Below, piece by piece: positions 49,972-63,891 of a stretch of DNA of 64,000 nucleotides. Location of the stretch: the NCBI GenBank assembly GCA_026770705.1, contig JANJGN010000021.1, positions 93,868,001 to 93,932,000 on the forward strand. The letters run 5' to 3'. The DNA comes from Isurus oxyrinchus (taxonomy: Eukaryota). The notes under the pieces were generated by a model. That model had not been told where the DNA came from, made no database searches, and was given only the letters and a program-made list of their open reading frames with translations. Every line of letters begins with the position of its first letter. Within the stretch, counting starts at the first letter, position 1. A program made the position numbers and the translations under genes.

Positions 49972-50259
49972 ATTGTCGCATTCACCTTATAGCACCATCC
50001 CTTTTGCCATTGGACCCCTCCTGCTCTCCACCCGATCAATGATCTTGCCCTTTGTTTTATCCTCCTCCTAGCCTATAGTTTTCGCTGATTCAATCATTGT
50101 TGGAAAATCGTTAACCTCTGACATTCTCAATCTTTGACGAAAGGTCATTGCCCTGGAACATTAACTCTATTTCCTTCTCCACAGTCTCTGCCTAACCTGC
50201 TGAGCGTTTTCAGCGTTTCCCCCATCATCAGATTTACAGCAGTCTCAGTAGTTTACTTT

Positions 50260-51665
50260 TTCCTTAAACTTGGTCAGTTGTGCAGGACTTTGGTAGGACC
50301 ACTTCTAGAGTACAGTGTACAGTTGTTGCTCCTTAATTAAGAAAGGGTGTAAATGCGTTAGAAGGAGTTCAGAGGAGGTTCACCTGACTGATGTCTGGGG
50401 TGGGGTGGAGGGATGGGCGTTATCTTATGAGGAAAGATTGGACAGGCTGGGCCTGTATCCATTGGAGTTCAGAAGATTGAGAGGTGATCTTATTGAAAAA
50501 TATAAAATCCTGAATTGACTGGGTGGATGCTGAACAGATGTTTCCCCATATGGGAGAGACTAGGACTAGGGAACACAGTTTTAAAATAAGGGGTCTCCTA
50601 TCTAAGACAGAGATGAGGAGAATTTTATTTTCTCGGAGGGTTGTGAATCTTTGCACTCTCTTCCCCAGAGAGCAGAGGAGGCAGGGTCATTGAATATGTT
50701 TAAGGCAGTGTTAGATAGATTCTTGACTAACAAGGGCGTCAGACGTTATCGGGGATAGGCAGAATGTGGAGTTGAGGCCATAATTAGACCAGCCATGATC
50801 TTGAGGATTCTCAGGTCATGGCCAGTTCATATCAGATGCATAATTGTTTGTTCCAGATTATTCCGAATTGCCTGCAGATCAAGGGGACTAACAATGAACA
50901 CCCACGAATGGAAGATATTGGAGCAGGAGTAGGCCATATTGTCGCTCAAGTCTGCTCCGCCTTACAATACATGGCTGATCTTGGGCTTCAGCTCCATTTT
51001 CCCACCTGCTCCCCATATCCCTTAATTCCCTGAGAGACCAAAAATCTGTCTATCCCAGCCTTAAATATATTCAATGATGGAGCACCCACAACCCTCTGAA
51101 GTAAAGAATCCCAAAGATTCACAACCCTTTGAGTGAAGTAATTTCTCCTCATCTCCATCCTACATGATCGGCCCCTTATCCTGAGACTGTGCCCCCGTGT
51201 TTCAGACTCCCCGGCCAGCTGAAACAATCTCTCAGCATCCATGGGATCAACCCCCTTCAGAATGTTGTATTTTCAATGAGATCGCCTCTCATTCTTCTAA
51301 AATTCAGAGAACATCGGCCCAATTTACTCAGCCTCTCATCAAAGGACATCCCCCTCATCCCAGGGACCAACTTAGTGAACCTTCACTGTACCGCCTCCAA
51401 TGCAAGTATATCCTTCCTTAAATATGGAGACTAAAATGGCACACACTACTCCAGATGCAGGCGGGGATTTTTTGGCCCCGTCACGGGTGGGACCCACCGC
51501 GGGCGATGCAGTGCCCCAACCAGGAGTCCATTGACTTGTGGTGGGACAGAACATCCCGGCAGCGGGCGTATGTGGAAAATCTCGCCAGTGGTCTCACCAA
51601 AACCAGGCAGAACCGTAGCAAGACTTCTTTATCCGTGTACTCCAATCCTCTTGCAATAAAGGCCA
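50260..51665. mobile_element. Two CR1 3' fragments tail-to-tail (50260-50800 plus, 50905-51665 minus); ~125-bp MITE at 51460-51586
   Basis: ORFs 50315 and 50988 (RGHSLRIRG..RRNYFTQRVVNLWDSL). MITE TIRs GGCGGGGATTTT / AAAATCTCGCC. Confidence 0.8.
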
Positions 51666-51744
51666 CCAGATTAATACATCCCAGGCATTTTATCCAGGGA
51701 TTGTAAACAAACTGGACAACGATAAGTAACGTTGAAGTATTTAC

Positions 51745-51935
51745 TTTTCTTTATTCTTTCCTGGGGTCTGGTTGTCGCTGGCATGGCCAGCATTTGTTGC
51801 CCGTCGAATTTCACTTGAACTGAATGGATTGCCGTTTCTGAGGGCAGTTACGAGTCAACCACATTGCTGTGGATCTGGATTAGTATGTAAGCCAGAGCAG
51901 GTAAGGATGGCAGATTTCCTTCCCTAAAGGGCATT
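51745..51935 (-). mobile_element. 5'-truncated SINE (same family as 24047)
   Basis: Tail plus GAGTCAACCACATTGCTGTG body. Confidence 0.75.
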
Positions 51936-52339
51936 GATCATTGGGTAGATCTGAACTGGATGAAGTTTGACGCAGAAGGAAGGGAATAAAAGGAAAGAAG
52001 GAAGGTTTTAATCTGTAATAACTGGGACACTGAAGCACTAATGTGCTGGGTCATAGACTGGTCAGGGTATCAGCATTTCCCACTTACATTTCCTTTCCCA
52101 CTGCTGGTTATAGAGCAGGTTTGGCTGCATTTGATGGGCCGACAGTGAATCCCGCTCTTAGTTTCTAACATCCAATTTGTTTCAATTCAGTTAATTGTTT
52201 GTTTCTATTTCCTCTACAGAGGCCGATGGTTCCGAGCTGACCAATGTACAGACACTGGCCAAGGCTGGATCAGAGGGGAAATCCATAGAGATCATTTTTC
52301 TCCTCCTTTAGCTCATCCAAATCTCTTTAGAGATACACC

Positions 52340-55300
52340 AGACGGACCACCCGGCATCGACTTAGGCACCAGAAACGACAACGGCAATCTTAGCCCCGTC
52401 GATCCTGCAAAGTCCTCCTTACCCACACCTGGGGGCTCATGCCAAAATTGGGAAATCTGTCTCACAGACTAGTCAAGCAACAGCCTGACATAGTCATCCT
52501 CATGGAATCATACTTTACAGATAATGTCCCAGACACCACCATCACCATCCCTGGGTATGTCCTGTCCCACCAGCAGGACAGACCCAGCAGAGGTGGCAGC
52601 ACAGTGGTATACAGTCAGGAGGGATTTGTCCTGGGAGTCCTCAACATCGACTCTGGACCCCATGAAGTCTCATGGCATCAGGTCAAACATGGGCAAGGTA
52701 ACCTCCTGCTGATTACCATACCGCCCTCCCTCAGCTGATGAATCAGTGCTCCTCCATGTTGAACACTACTTGGATGGAAGCACTGAGGGTGGCAAAGGCG
52801 TAGAATGTACTCTAGGTGGAGAACTTCAATGTCCGTCACCAAGAGTGGCTCAGTAGCACCACTATTGACCGAGTTGGCTGAGTCCTAAAGGACATAGCTG
52901 CTAGACTGTGTCTGCAGCAGGTGGTGGGGGAACAAAAAGAGGGAAAAACATACTTGACTTCATCCTCACCAAGCTACCTGCCGCAGATGTATCTGTCCAT
53001 GAGAGTATCAGTTGGAGTGACAACCACAGAGATGAAGTTGGCCTTCTCATTGAGCATATCCTCCCTTGTGTTGTGTGACACTACCACCATGCTAAATGGG
53101 ATAGATTTCGAACAGATCTAGCAACTCAAGACTGAGCATCCATGAGGCGCTGTGGGCCATCAGCAGCAGCAGACTTGTACTCAAACCCAATCTGTAGCCT
53201 CATGGCCTGACTTATCCCCCATTCAACCATTACCATCAAGTCAGGGGACCAACCCTGGTTCAATGAAGAGTGCAGGAGGACATTCCAGGAGCAGCACCAG
53301 GCATACCTAAAAACAAGGTGTCAACCTGATAAAGCTATAACACAGGACTACTTGCCTGCCAGACAGCATAAACAGTGAGTGATAGGGCTAAGCAATCCCA
53401 CAACCAAAGGATCAGATCTAAGCTCTGCAGTCCTGCCACATCCAGTCATGAATAGAGGTGGACAATTAAACAACTCACTGGAGGAGGAGGCTCCACAAAT
53501 ATCCCCATCCTCAATGATGGGGGAGCCCAGCACATCAGTGTAAAAGATAAGGCTGAAGCATTTGCTACAATCTTCAGCCAGAAGTGCTGAGTGCATGACC
53601 CATCTCAGCCTCCTTCAGAGGTCCCCAGCATCACAGATGCCAGTCTTCAGCCAATTCAATTCACTCCATGTGATATTAAGAAATGGCTGAAGGCACTGGA
53701 TACTGCAAAGGCTATGGGCCCTGACAATATTAAGGCAATAGTACTGAAGACTTGTGATCTAGAACTTGCCGTGCCCCTAGTCAAGCTATTCCAGTACAGC
53801 TACAATCCTAGCATCTACCCAGCTATGTGGAAAATTGCCCAGGAGTCTCCTGTATACAAAAAGCAGGACAAATCCAACCCGGCTAATTACAGCCCCATCA
53901 GCCTACTCTCCATCATCAGTAAAGTAATTGAAAGGGTCATCAACAGTGCTATCAAGAGCACTTGCTCAGCAATAACCTGCTCACTGACACCCAGTTTGGA
54001 TTCTGCCAGGGCCACTCAGCTCCTGACCTCATTACAGCTTTGGTTCAAACATGGACAAAAGAGCTGAACTCCTGAGGTTAGGTGAGAGTACCTGCCCTTG
54101 ACATCAAGGCAGCATTTGACAGAGTTTGGTATCAAGGAGCCCTAGCAAATCTGGAGTCAATGGAAATCATGGGGAAAGCTCTCCGCTGGTTGGAGTCATA
54201 CCGAGCACAAAGGAAGATGCTTATGGTTTCTGGAGGTCAGTCATCTCAGCTCCAGGATATCACTGCAAGAGTTTGGATTTGGTAATGTGTAATGAGTCAG
54301 GTTTAACAAATTATTTCAGAGTAAAAGATACCCTCGGAAACAGTGATCATAACATGGTAGAATTCAGCATTCAGTCTGAGAGTGAGAAACTTGGGTCGGA
54401 AACAACTGTGCTAAACTTAAATAATGGTAATTACAAAGGAATGAGGACAGATTTAGCTGGAGTGGACTGGGAAAGGATTTTAGCAGAAAAAATGGTTGAT
54501 GAACAATGGCAGACGTTTAAGAAAATCGTTCTTGACTCATAACAAAGATATATCCCGGTGCGGAAGAAGGATTCAAGGAAGGGAATAAACCAACCATGGT
54601 TAACCAAGAAAATTAAGGATAGTATCAAATTAAAAGAGAAGACATACAATGTGACAAAGATTAGTGGTAAGCCAGAGGATTGGGAAAGTTTTAAAAATCA
54701 ACAAAAAAATGACCCAAAAAGAGGGAGAAAATAAATTTTGAGGGTAAACTAGGAAGTAATATAAAAACAGACAGTAAGAGCTTCCTTAAATATTTAAAAA
54801 GGAAGAGAGAGACCAAAGTGAACATCGGCCCCATACAGAATGAGGCTGGAAAAATAATAATGGAGAACCAGGAAATGACAGAGGAGTTGAATAAATATTT
54901 TGCTTCAGTCTTCACGGTAGAAGACACTAATAGCATTCCAATACTAAATAATCAAGGGGCAAAAGAGGGGGAGGAAATAAATACAATAACTATCACTGGA
55001 GAAAAATTACTAGGGAAACTAATGGGGCTAAAGGCCAATAAGCCCCCTGGACCTGATGGATTGCACCCTAGGATATTAAAGCGAGTAGCTACAGAGATAG
55101 TGGATGCACTGGTAGTAATCTTCCAAGAATCCTTTGATTCTGGAATAGCCCCAGAAGATTGTAAAGCTGCCAATGCAACACCCTTATTCAAAAAGGGAGG
55201 GGGACAAAAAACAGGTAACTATAAGCCAGTTAGCATAACATCTGCTATTGGGAAAATGTTAGAGTCTATTATAAAGGATGTAATAGCAGAGCATTTAGAA

Positions 55301-57590
55301 TTACACAATCTAATCAAGCAGAGTCAGCATGGCTTCATGAAGGGGAAATCATGCCTGATAAATTTATTAGAATTCTTTAAAGAGGTAATAAGCAGAATAG
55401 ATAAAGGGGAACCAGTAGATGTAATATATTTTGATTTTAAGAAAGGCATTCGATAAGGTACCACCTAAGGCTACTTAATAAGATAAGAGCCAGTGGTGTT
55501 TGGGGTAATATATTAGCATTGATCGAGGATTGGCTAACTAATAGAAGCCAGACAGTTGGGATAAAGGGAGCATTTTAAGGATGGCAATCTGTAACTAGTG
55601 AAGTGCCACAGGGACTGGTGCTGGGGCCTCAATTGTTTACAATATGTATCAATGACTTAGATGAGGGAAGTGAATGTACTAACACCAAATGTGTGGATGA
55701 TACAAAAATAGGTGGGAAGGCAAGTAGTGAGGATGACACAAAGAGTCTACAGAGGGATATAGGCAGGTTAAGTGAGAGGGAAAAAATATGGCAGACGGAA
55801 TATAATGTGGCAAAATGTGAGGTTATGCACTTCGGCAGGAAGAATAGAGGAGCTGAATATTATTTAAATGGAGAAAGGTTGCAGAAAGCTGCAGCACAGA
55901 GGGATTTGGGAGTCCTTGTGCATGAATCCAAAAAAGCTGACACACAAGTTCAACAGGGAATAGGGAAGGCAAATGGAATGTTGGTCTTTATTTCAAGGGA
56001 ACGGATTATAAAAATAGAGAAGTCTTGCTAAAACTATACTAGCAGACCACACCTAGAATGCTGTGAACGGTTTTGGACCCCTTATCTAAGGAAAGATGTA
56101 TTGGCATTGGAGGCAGTCCAGACAAGGTTCACTAGGTTGATTCCAGGCATGGAGGGATTTTCATATGAGGAGAGGTTGAGTAGGTTGGGGATGTATTCAT
56201 TGGAATTTAGAAAAAATGAGAGGCAACCTTATTGAAACAAAAAAGATTCTTAGGGGGCTTGACAGGGTAGATGCTGAGAGGTTGTTTCTCCTTGTGAGAG
56301 AGTCTAGGGCAAGAGGGCATAATCTCAGAGTAAGGGGACTCCCATTTAAAATAGAGGTGAGGAGAAATTTCTTCTCTCAGAGGTTAGTTAACCTGTGTAA
56401 TTCTTTACCGCAGAGGCTGTAGAAGCTGGCTCGTTAAGTATATTCAAGGTTGAGATAGACAGATTTTTAATCAGTTAGGGAATCAAGGGCAATGGGGAAA
56501 AGGAAGGAAGTTGATTATCAGATCAGTCATGATCTCATTGAATGGCATAGCAGACTCGATGGGTTGAATGGCGCACTTCTGCTCCTACACCTTATGGTCT
56601 TATTGGGTAGTGTCCTTGGGCCAAACATCTTCAGCTGATTCATCAATGACCTTCCTTCCATCATAAGGTCAGTAGTGGGGATGTTCACTGATGATTGCAC
56701 AATACTCAGCACCATTCAGGACTCCTCATATACTTAAGTAATCCATGTCCAATTGCCGCAAGACCTGGACAACATTCAGGCTTGGGCTGACAAGTGGCAA
56801 GTAATATTCGCGCCACACAAGTGATAGGCAATGACCATCTCCAACAAGAGAGAATCCAGCCATCACCCCTTGATGTTCAATGGCATTATCAACACTCAAT
56901 CCCCCACTATTAATATCCTGGGTGTTACCATTGACCAGAAACTGAACTGGACTAGCCATATAAATACTGTGGCTACAAGAGTAGGTCAGAGGCTGGGAAT
57001 CATGTAATGAGTAACTTACTTCCTGACTTCCCAAAGCCTGTCCACCATCTACAAGGCACAAATCAGGAGAGTGATGGAATACTCCCCACTTGTCTGGATG
57101 AGTGCAACTCCAGCAACACTCAAGAAGCTTGACAGCATCCACGACAAAGCAGCCCGCTTGGTTGGCACCATATCCACAAACATTCGCTCCCTCTACCACT
57201 GACGCACAGTAACAGCAGTGTGTACCATCTGCAGGATGCACTCCATGAATTCACCAAGGTTCCTTTGACAGCATTTTCCAAACACATGACCACCATCATC
57301 TAGAAGGACAAAGCAGATAGATGGGAACATCACCACCTGGAAGTTCCCCTCCAAGCTACTCACCATCCTGACTTGGAAATATATCGTCATTCCTTCACTG
57401 TCACTGGGTCAAAATCCTGGAACTCCGTCCCTAACAGCACTGTGGGTGTACCTATACCACATGGACTGCAGAAGGTTCAAGAAAGAAGCTCACCACCACC
57501 TTCTCAAGTGCAACTAGGGATGGGCAATAAATGCTGGCCCAGCCAGCGAACCCCCACCCCCCCCCCCCCAACCATAAATGAAAAAAACAA
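52340..57590 (+). mobile_element. Family-A LINE (EN+RT+3' tail) split by a CR1 insertion at 54274-56604
   Basis: ORFs 52439 (PDIVILMES..DRPSRGG), 53591 (KAMGPDNI..KQDKSNPANYSPISLLS) and 54082. Resumes GGGTAGTGTCC at 56605. Confidence 0.9.
54274..56604 (+). mobile_element. Relatively young CR1 LINE (5'-truncated) nested in a family-A LINE
   Basis: ORFs 54818-55456 (PGPDGLHPRILK..QHGFMKGKSCLINLLEFF..YFDF), 55603 (PQGLVLGP..VDDT) and 56216; CTTATGGT tail. Confidence 0.92.
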
Positions 57591-57984
57591 AATGTTAACT
57601 TCTGCCTCTTCCTGTTAATCCCTATCAGAACATTTGCCAGTGAGACAGTTTATACCTGCTTGAGCCATCCAACCAATCAACTGTTCCCATTGTCTTCACA
57701 TGATGGAGTTTACTGAAAGGAGGTCTAAGTAACATGGGCAGTTTTTTTTATAGGCTTTCACTTTAAGTTTTAAACAAAACTATAATACATTGTTGGTTAC
57801 CATGACGTAAGGCTATTTTCAATAGGTAAATGGGGGCCTTGTGATGCACGACTGTCCACCACTAAAATAGACAAAAATATATGTTTAAAAAGCTGTTGTT
57901 AACCTTGTTACATTAGTTGGAGTGGGAGCTGCAGTCACTGAAGAGGGAACCAGGCTGATTGTCAGAAGGACTGAGCTGCAACCA

Positions 57985-60625
57985 AGAGGAGCTGGCCACC
58001 TCGCGGTGATTGTATGACCATTTATGAAGAGCATATTTGCGCATCCATGACATGCTGTGTGTCATCAGCAGCTGCAGAATTGTACTCGACCACAATCTGG
58101 AACCTCATGGTCCAGCATATACCCCACTCTACCATTACCATCAAGCCAGGGGATCAACTCTGGTTCAATGAAAAATGAAGGAGGGCATGCCAGGAACACC
58201 ACTAGGTGTAACTAAAAATGAGGCATCAACCTGGTGAATCTACCACACAGGGCTACTTGTGTGCAGAACAACAAAAGCGCGTGCAATAGTCAGAGCTTAG
58301 CGATCCCACAACCAATGGATCAGATCTAAGCTCTGCAGTCCTGCCACCTCCAGTTATGAATGATGCTGTACAATTAAACAACTCCCTGGAGGAGGCAGCT
58401 CTACAAATATCCCCATCCTCAATAATGGAGGAGCCCAGCACATCAGTGCAAAAGATAAGGCTGAAGCATTGCAACAATCTTCAACAAGAAGTGCTGAGTA
58501 GATGATCCATCTCGGCCTCCTCTGGAGGTCCTCAACATCACAGATGCCAGTCTTCAGCCAATTTGATTCGCTCCACGTGATATCAAGAAACGCCTGAAGA
58601 CCCTGGATACTGCAAAGGCTATGGGCCCTGGCTATATTCCGGCAATAGTACTGAAGACTTGTGCTCCAGAACTAGCTGCCAAGTTCATTATGGAGCCAAG
58701 CTGTTCCAGTGCAGCTGCAACAGTGACATCTACCTGGCTCTGTGGAAACTGCCCAGGTATGTCCTGACAACAAAAAGCAGAACAAATCCAACTCGGAGAG
58801 TTATCACTGCATCAGTTTATTCTTGAAATCAGACAAGTGATGGACGTGATCATCAACAGTGCTATCAAATGACACTTGTTTAGTGTTAACCTGCTCACTG
58901 ATACTCACTTTGGGTTCTGCCAGGGCCATCCAGCTCCTGGCATCGTTACATGCTTAGTCCAACATTACAGACATGAAAGATAGATAAAAATGAACTGCTT
59001 AATTCTCTCGCCATCTGTTCTTAAGCAGAGATGGTTTTTTCCGTTGTTTTAAGGTGCACTGTGGCACTTATTCCAAAAGACTTTGGTTCGCTTAGCCAAT
59101 TTTTAAATTACTCGCAGCAAACGCTCCTAGGATTAAGCTGGAAGTTTAATTTATTCACACAATCAAGCCCATGGTATCTCAACAACATCATGCATACAAC
59201 TATGAAACTTAGCAGTCAAAAGAAATGGATATCAGTTCATGGAATTTCTAGAGCCCAAGAAGTCAAAATCCAGAGTGGGGGGGCCCTTTACAAGTTCAGT
59301 TGGGTTCCTGGTTGAAGACAGAAGTGCAGAATTCCTTTAAAGTTGCTGGCGATGCTGTGAGATGAGGTTGATGCACATAGATTTTGTCTGCTTGGAAAAC
59401 AGCTGCCAGTGGCCTCCATATAAACAAGCTTCAAAGAGGCTCAGATGTGTGGCAGGCTGCTTTGATGTTTGGAGGTTGCAGTCAATTCAGCAGGCTGCCT
59501 TGCGAGGCTGGAGATATAATATTAAAAGTTATCCAAACGCTAGAAACTTGGGCCATGTGATGTTGCCCATTAATGAGTTAATTACAGCTTAACAAGCAGC
59601 TTCTGTGCTGCTGGCCAAAATCCATCATTCTCCCTGTGTAGCAAGATGGTGGCTGTTAGCACCTCTGAAGGTAATACAAGTTTTGCTGTCTCTCCCTTTA
59701 TTATAGCCCAGGCTAGAGGCAGTATATCATCTGGTTTCAATGGTTATAATGTTTTCTTACAATGAGGTGTGAGATTCCACAAGGACGAGGGTGGATCTCT
59801 TTTGTTCTTGTATCTGCTGTTTGAAATTTCAAGAAACTGTGGCCAATCTAGTGAATCATGTGACCTGGAGCAGCCATCTTTTGGTTCATCAAATTTCATT
59901 TTTAACTATGCACAAAAGAATAAAGAATAAACTATTTACATAGTTTATGGGTTTTTTTTCATGTCTTAGGGATATGTCACCAAACATGGACAAAAAAAGC
60001 TGAACTCAAGTGATCAGGTGAGGGTGACTGCCCTTGACATCATGGCAGAATTTGACTGAGAATGGCAACAAGGAGCCATAGCAAAAGTAGAATTAATGGA
60101 AACTGGGGGAAAACTCTCTGCTGTTTGGAGTTATACCTAGCACGAAGGAAGAAGGTTGTGGTTGTTGGAGATCAATCACCTCAGTCCTAGGACATCACTG
60201 CAGGAGTTCCTCAGGGTAGTGTCCTTGGCCCAGCCATCTTCAGCTGCTTCATTAATGACCTTCCTTCCTTCATAAGGTCAGAAGTGGGGATGTTCGCTGA
60301 TGATTGCACAATGTTCAGCATCATTTGTGACTTCTCAGATACTGAATCAGTCAGTGTCCATATGCAGCTAGACCTGGACAATATTCAGGATTGGGCTGAT
60401 GAGTGGCAAGTAACATTGGGGCCACACAAGTGCCAGGCAATGAACATCTCCAACAAGATAGAATCCAACCATCTCCCTTGACATTCAATGGCATTACCAT
60501 CACTATCCCCCCATTATCAACATCCTGAGGGTTTCCATTGACCAGAAACTGGGCATATAAATACAAGAGTGGTTACAAGAGCAGGTCAGAGGCTGGGAAT
60601 CCTGTGGCGAGTAACTCACCTCCAA
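57985..60625 (+). mobile_element. Family-A LINE fragment split by a ~1 kb probable solo LTR (~58963-59979)
   Basis: LINE breaks at ..TTAGTCCAA and resumes CCAAACATGGACAAAA (possible CCAA TSD). ORF 60284 has MFADDC. Confidence 0.8.
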
Positions 60626-63600
60626 TTGTTTCTGAAGAATTATTTGCAACATAAACCTTGAAATGCCGCAACACTAACACCAGACCTAGAGTCTCTTTTT
60701 CTAATGTACATTCAGCTTCCATGAAAAATATCCTACCAGCTTTTCAATTCCTATTTCATCTTCTTGTAACAACAAAGCACCAACACCCAAATCACTTGCA
60801 TCAATTGCCAATTTAAACTGCTTGGCATAACTACGTGCTGCTAGAACTGGTGCAGGACTGTCTGCCCCTCTTCCATGGCTACGTTCGTGGCCGGGTATCC
60901 CTGGAAAGGGAGCATGTGCTGTCTGTCGGCACTGTTGAGGCCTTCCATGCCCGGTGGGCACAGCAGGGGCTGGGTGCTTTATCGACCCACTTAATCACAT
61001 TTTGGTTTGATGTTTGTAAGTTTTCTTTAAATTTTGTCTTTGGTTTTGAGGTTACCCTAATTTAGGGGCTGTGTTTATTTTGTCCTTTATTTTGTTATCT
61101 TAGTTTATTTGGTTGAATCCAAAGGCGTTAAAACTAGTGTCGTCGTCAACATAGTCTTTAAACTGTCAAATGCATTCTGACACTCCTGTGTCTCTTAAAA
61201 TGTTGATATCTTTGCCTGTTCCACCCTGTGAAAAATATCCTACCAGCTTTTCAATTCCTGTTTCATCTTCTTGTAACAACACAGCGCCAATACCCAAATC
61301 ACTTGCATCAACTGCTAACTTACCACATGGAAAGACTTGCCCTTCACATACAAAATCTTTAAATATTTCTGCTCTTCAGAACTCCCTTGGGTAAATTGTG
61401 AGCACATTCCCACTTCTTTACCTCCGGCTGATTATTCCTGCTCTACCTACACACAAACCATTGTTTTTTTCTTGCTTCTGGATCTCAGACCCTCAGTCAC
61501 CTTATTTCCGGAACTTTTTGGTGTTCCAATTACTGCAATAGTTTTTCCCTGTAACTTCCAACACACTGACTTTGTGTGCCCAACCTTATTAAAATGGAAA
61601 CATTTAAGGTTTCAGGTGTCACTTCTACCTTCAGAACCTCCCTTTCTGGTGTGAGGAGAAATTTCCTGGGAATTTCCAGCTGCCTCTTTTCTACCCTGAC
61701 TACTTGCCTTCCTTTCACTTTCCCACTTTCTATCCTTCTTGGATTTAAAAGGGTGATGAAAGAAAGGTTTTGGTCTGTAGACTAGCTCATAATCATTAGC
61801 TATCTCTGCTGCTTGCCAACCCGTTTTAACCCTCTTGTCTTCCACATGAGTTCTAACTACTGAGGGAAGTGAATCTTTAAATTCTTCCAAAATAATTACT
61901 TCTCCAAGAGCTTCATACGTTGTCTCGACCTTTAATGCCTGTAACCACCTGTTAAAATTACTTTGTCTTACTCCCTCAAACTCAATATAAGTCTGTTGAG
62001 GCTGTTTCCTTCCACTCCTAAATTTCTGCCCATATACCTAAGGAACCAACACATATGCACTCAGAATAGCCTTTTTTACAGCATCATAATCCACAGATAC
62101 TTATTCTGACTGCGATGCATAAACCGCATGAGCTCTACCTCCCAACCTAGGTTGTAAAAGCAATGTCCAGACTTTTTGCGGCCATTTCATTTGCTTAGCT
62201 ACCTTCTCAAACAAAATAAAAAAGACCTGTACATCCCTAACCTCAAACTTCAGAAAAGCCTATATAAACAAACATCTCCCCTCTGGGCTTTGGGTTGAAA
62301 GTGGCTGTTTCCATGTCAGAACCTCCCTCAGCATCTGAGGTCTCTCCTTTAAGTTCCAGCCTTCGAAGCTGGTATTCTCTTTCTTTCTCTTTTTTCTTTC
62401 ATCCATTGCTAACTTCTCCATCTCCAGTTCCCTCTCCTATTTTCTTTCTCTCTCCTGCCTTTCTGCTTTCTCCCTTTGAAATGCTCTCTCCTTTTCATTT
62501 TCTCTCTCTTTTCCCTCTAATTCAAGTTTTCTTTCATTTCCAACTTATCTTGGCTAATTCAAGTGACTCATCCTTCTGAGAATGTGCCCCCCCCAACCCA
62601 GCTAGTATCCCTTCCAATTTAAAAATGCTGCACTATTCTTTCAACTATGCCTGCTTTCTTGACCCCTGTGATTAATTCTAACAGCAACTTACCTGATAAT
62701 TCCGTTAACTGAGCCTTAGTTAATTTTTGTAAACCAATCAATGTTACATTTTCCAATCCCAGCAAATTCTTAGCAATTGTTAAAGCCATTTTTCAGTCTA
62801 ATCACTTTAAAATCCCTCAACACCAACTCCTGACTTCAATGTTCTTCTCGTACTCATAGCCTTAAGAGGCACCAACTCCAAACCAATCAAGGAATTTTAA
62901 AAGTCCCGCAAAAGAATGCCCAATTTTGTTTGATATAGCAGGTGGTATTTGGCAGGCTGAGCAAATCCCAAAGGGAAACTTGGCTATGGCATCGCAACAA
63001 TTTTGCAATTTATATTTATTACAATAAGGTTTGTCCACTGATGTCTGGAGTAATGAGTCCACTACCACCTTTTGAGTTTTAAACATTGAATTAAAACATT
63101 TATTAACAAAAAGAAACTTAAACACTCAAACTGCAGTTACACAATTACATTTAATTTTATAACAGTTCTCACAATATTTCTACTTAACTAAACTTCCAAT
63201 TACACACCTCTTTCAGGCAACAGTCCAAATAGATTCTGATTCTATAAAACATCCAGAAATATTACCACCAGCACCCACTGTTGCTGTAAGGGAGGTATTT
63301 CACAGCTTCTTTCTCCCTTTCACTCGAGAATGGAATTCCAAAGGCTTTTAACAAAACCTTGCTTACCGGAACAGCAAACATCCCCAGGGTGGCTAGAGGC
63401 TTTGCCCACAGGTCTGTTTCACACAGTACCTGTCCAGGTCTCACACGGCTACTCCCTTACAGCTTACCATTTTCCTCCTCTTTGATCTGTAAACCCCATT
63501 GTTTAAATCTTTCTTTGGTTGTTACTTTTTTCCCAGGATATAAAAATCATTTATGTTGCCTTCATGGCCAGCATTTTCGGGAAAAATAAACTTAATAACT

Positions 63601-63762
63601 CTGTTTTATTTATCTTTCCAGTTGTAAACATCTTATCATAATCTAAATCCCATTCACACTGCATTAGCTGAGACTTCATCTTAGCTTACCCATCTCCATT
63701 TCAAATGCCTGTTTTACACCTAACCCCTTTGATGCTTCAAACCTTACAGTCTGACAGTCTGC
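60625..63762 (-). mobile_element. Internally deleted Ty3/Gypsy LTR retrotransposon (Gmr1-like gag with SCAN-like region and zinc knuckle, RNase H; LTR-like from ~62928)
   Basis: EEFKDSLPSVVRTHV..AAEIANDYEL; degenerate CCHC KCFHFNKVGHTKSVCW (~61555-61605); PVLAA..FKLAIDASDLGVGALLLQE..VGYFSWKL. Confidence 0.85.
60855..61125 (+). mobile_element. Tx1/L1-group LINE 3' fragment nested in the Gypsy RNase H region
   Basis: DCLPLFHGYVRGRVSLEREH..AFHARWA; same family as 23539. Degenerate TSD CTAGAACTGGTGC / TTAAAACTAGTGT. Confidence 0.8.
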
Positions 63763-63891
63763 NNNNNNNNNNNNNNNNNNNNNNNNNNNNNNNNNNNNNN
63801 NNNNNNNNNNNNNNNNNNNNNNNNNNNNNNNNNNNNNNNNNNNNNNNNNNNNNNNNNNNNNNNNNNNNNNNNNNNNNNNNNNNNNNNNNNN
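63763..63891. other. Assembly gap (N run)
   Basis: 129 Ns. Confidence 1.

Larger units (their letters stand above)
48370..50240 (+). mobile_element. Penelope-like retroelement remnant (GIY-YIG endonuclease region and terminal repeat)
   Basis: CTCCATATTGGAGAGATCAAATGTAGATTCGGCGATTGCTTC resembles LYIGETKRRLGDRF. Degenerate hammerhead and tail at ~50133-50215. Confidence 0.7.

Noticed and set aside
57600-57900. CCAAT (~57673) and RFX/CRE-like GGTTACCATGACGT (~57795) in unique sequence
   Set aside because: Spacing does not fit an X-Y module and no adjacent exon was found; could be chance.
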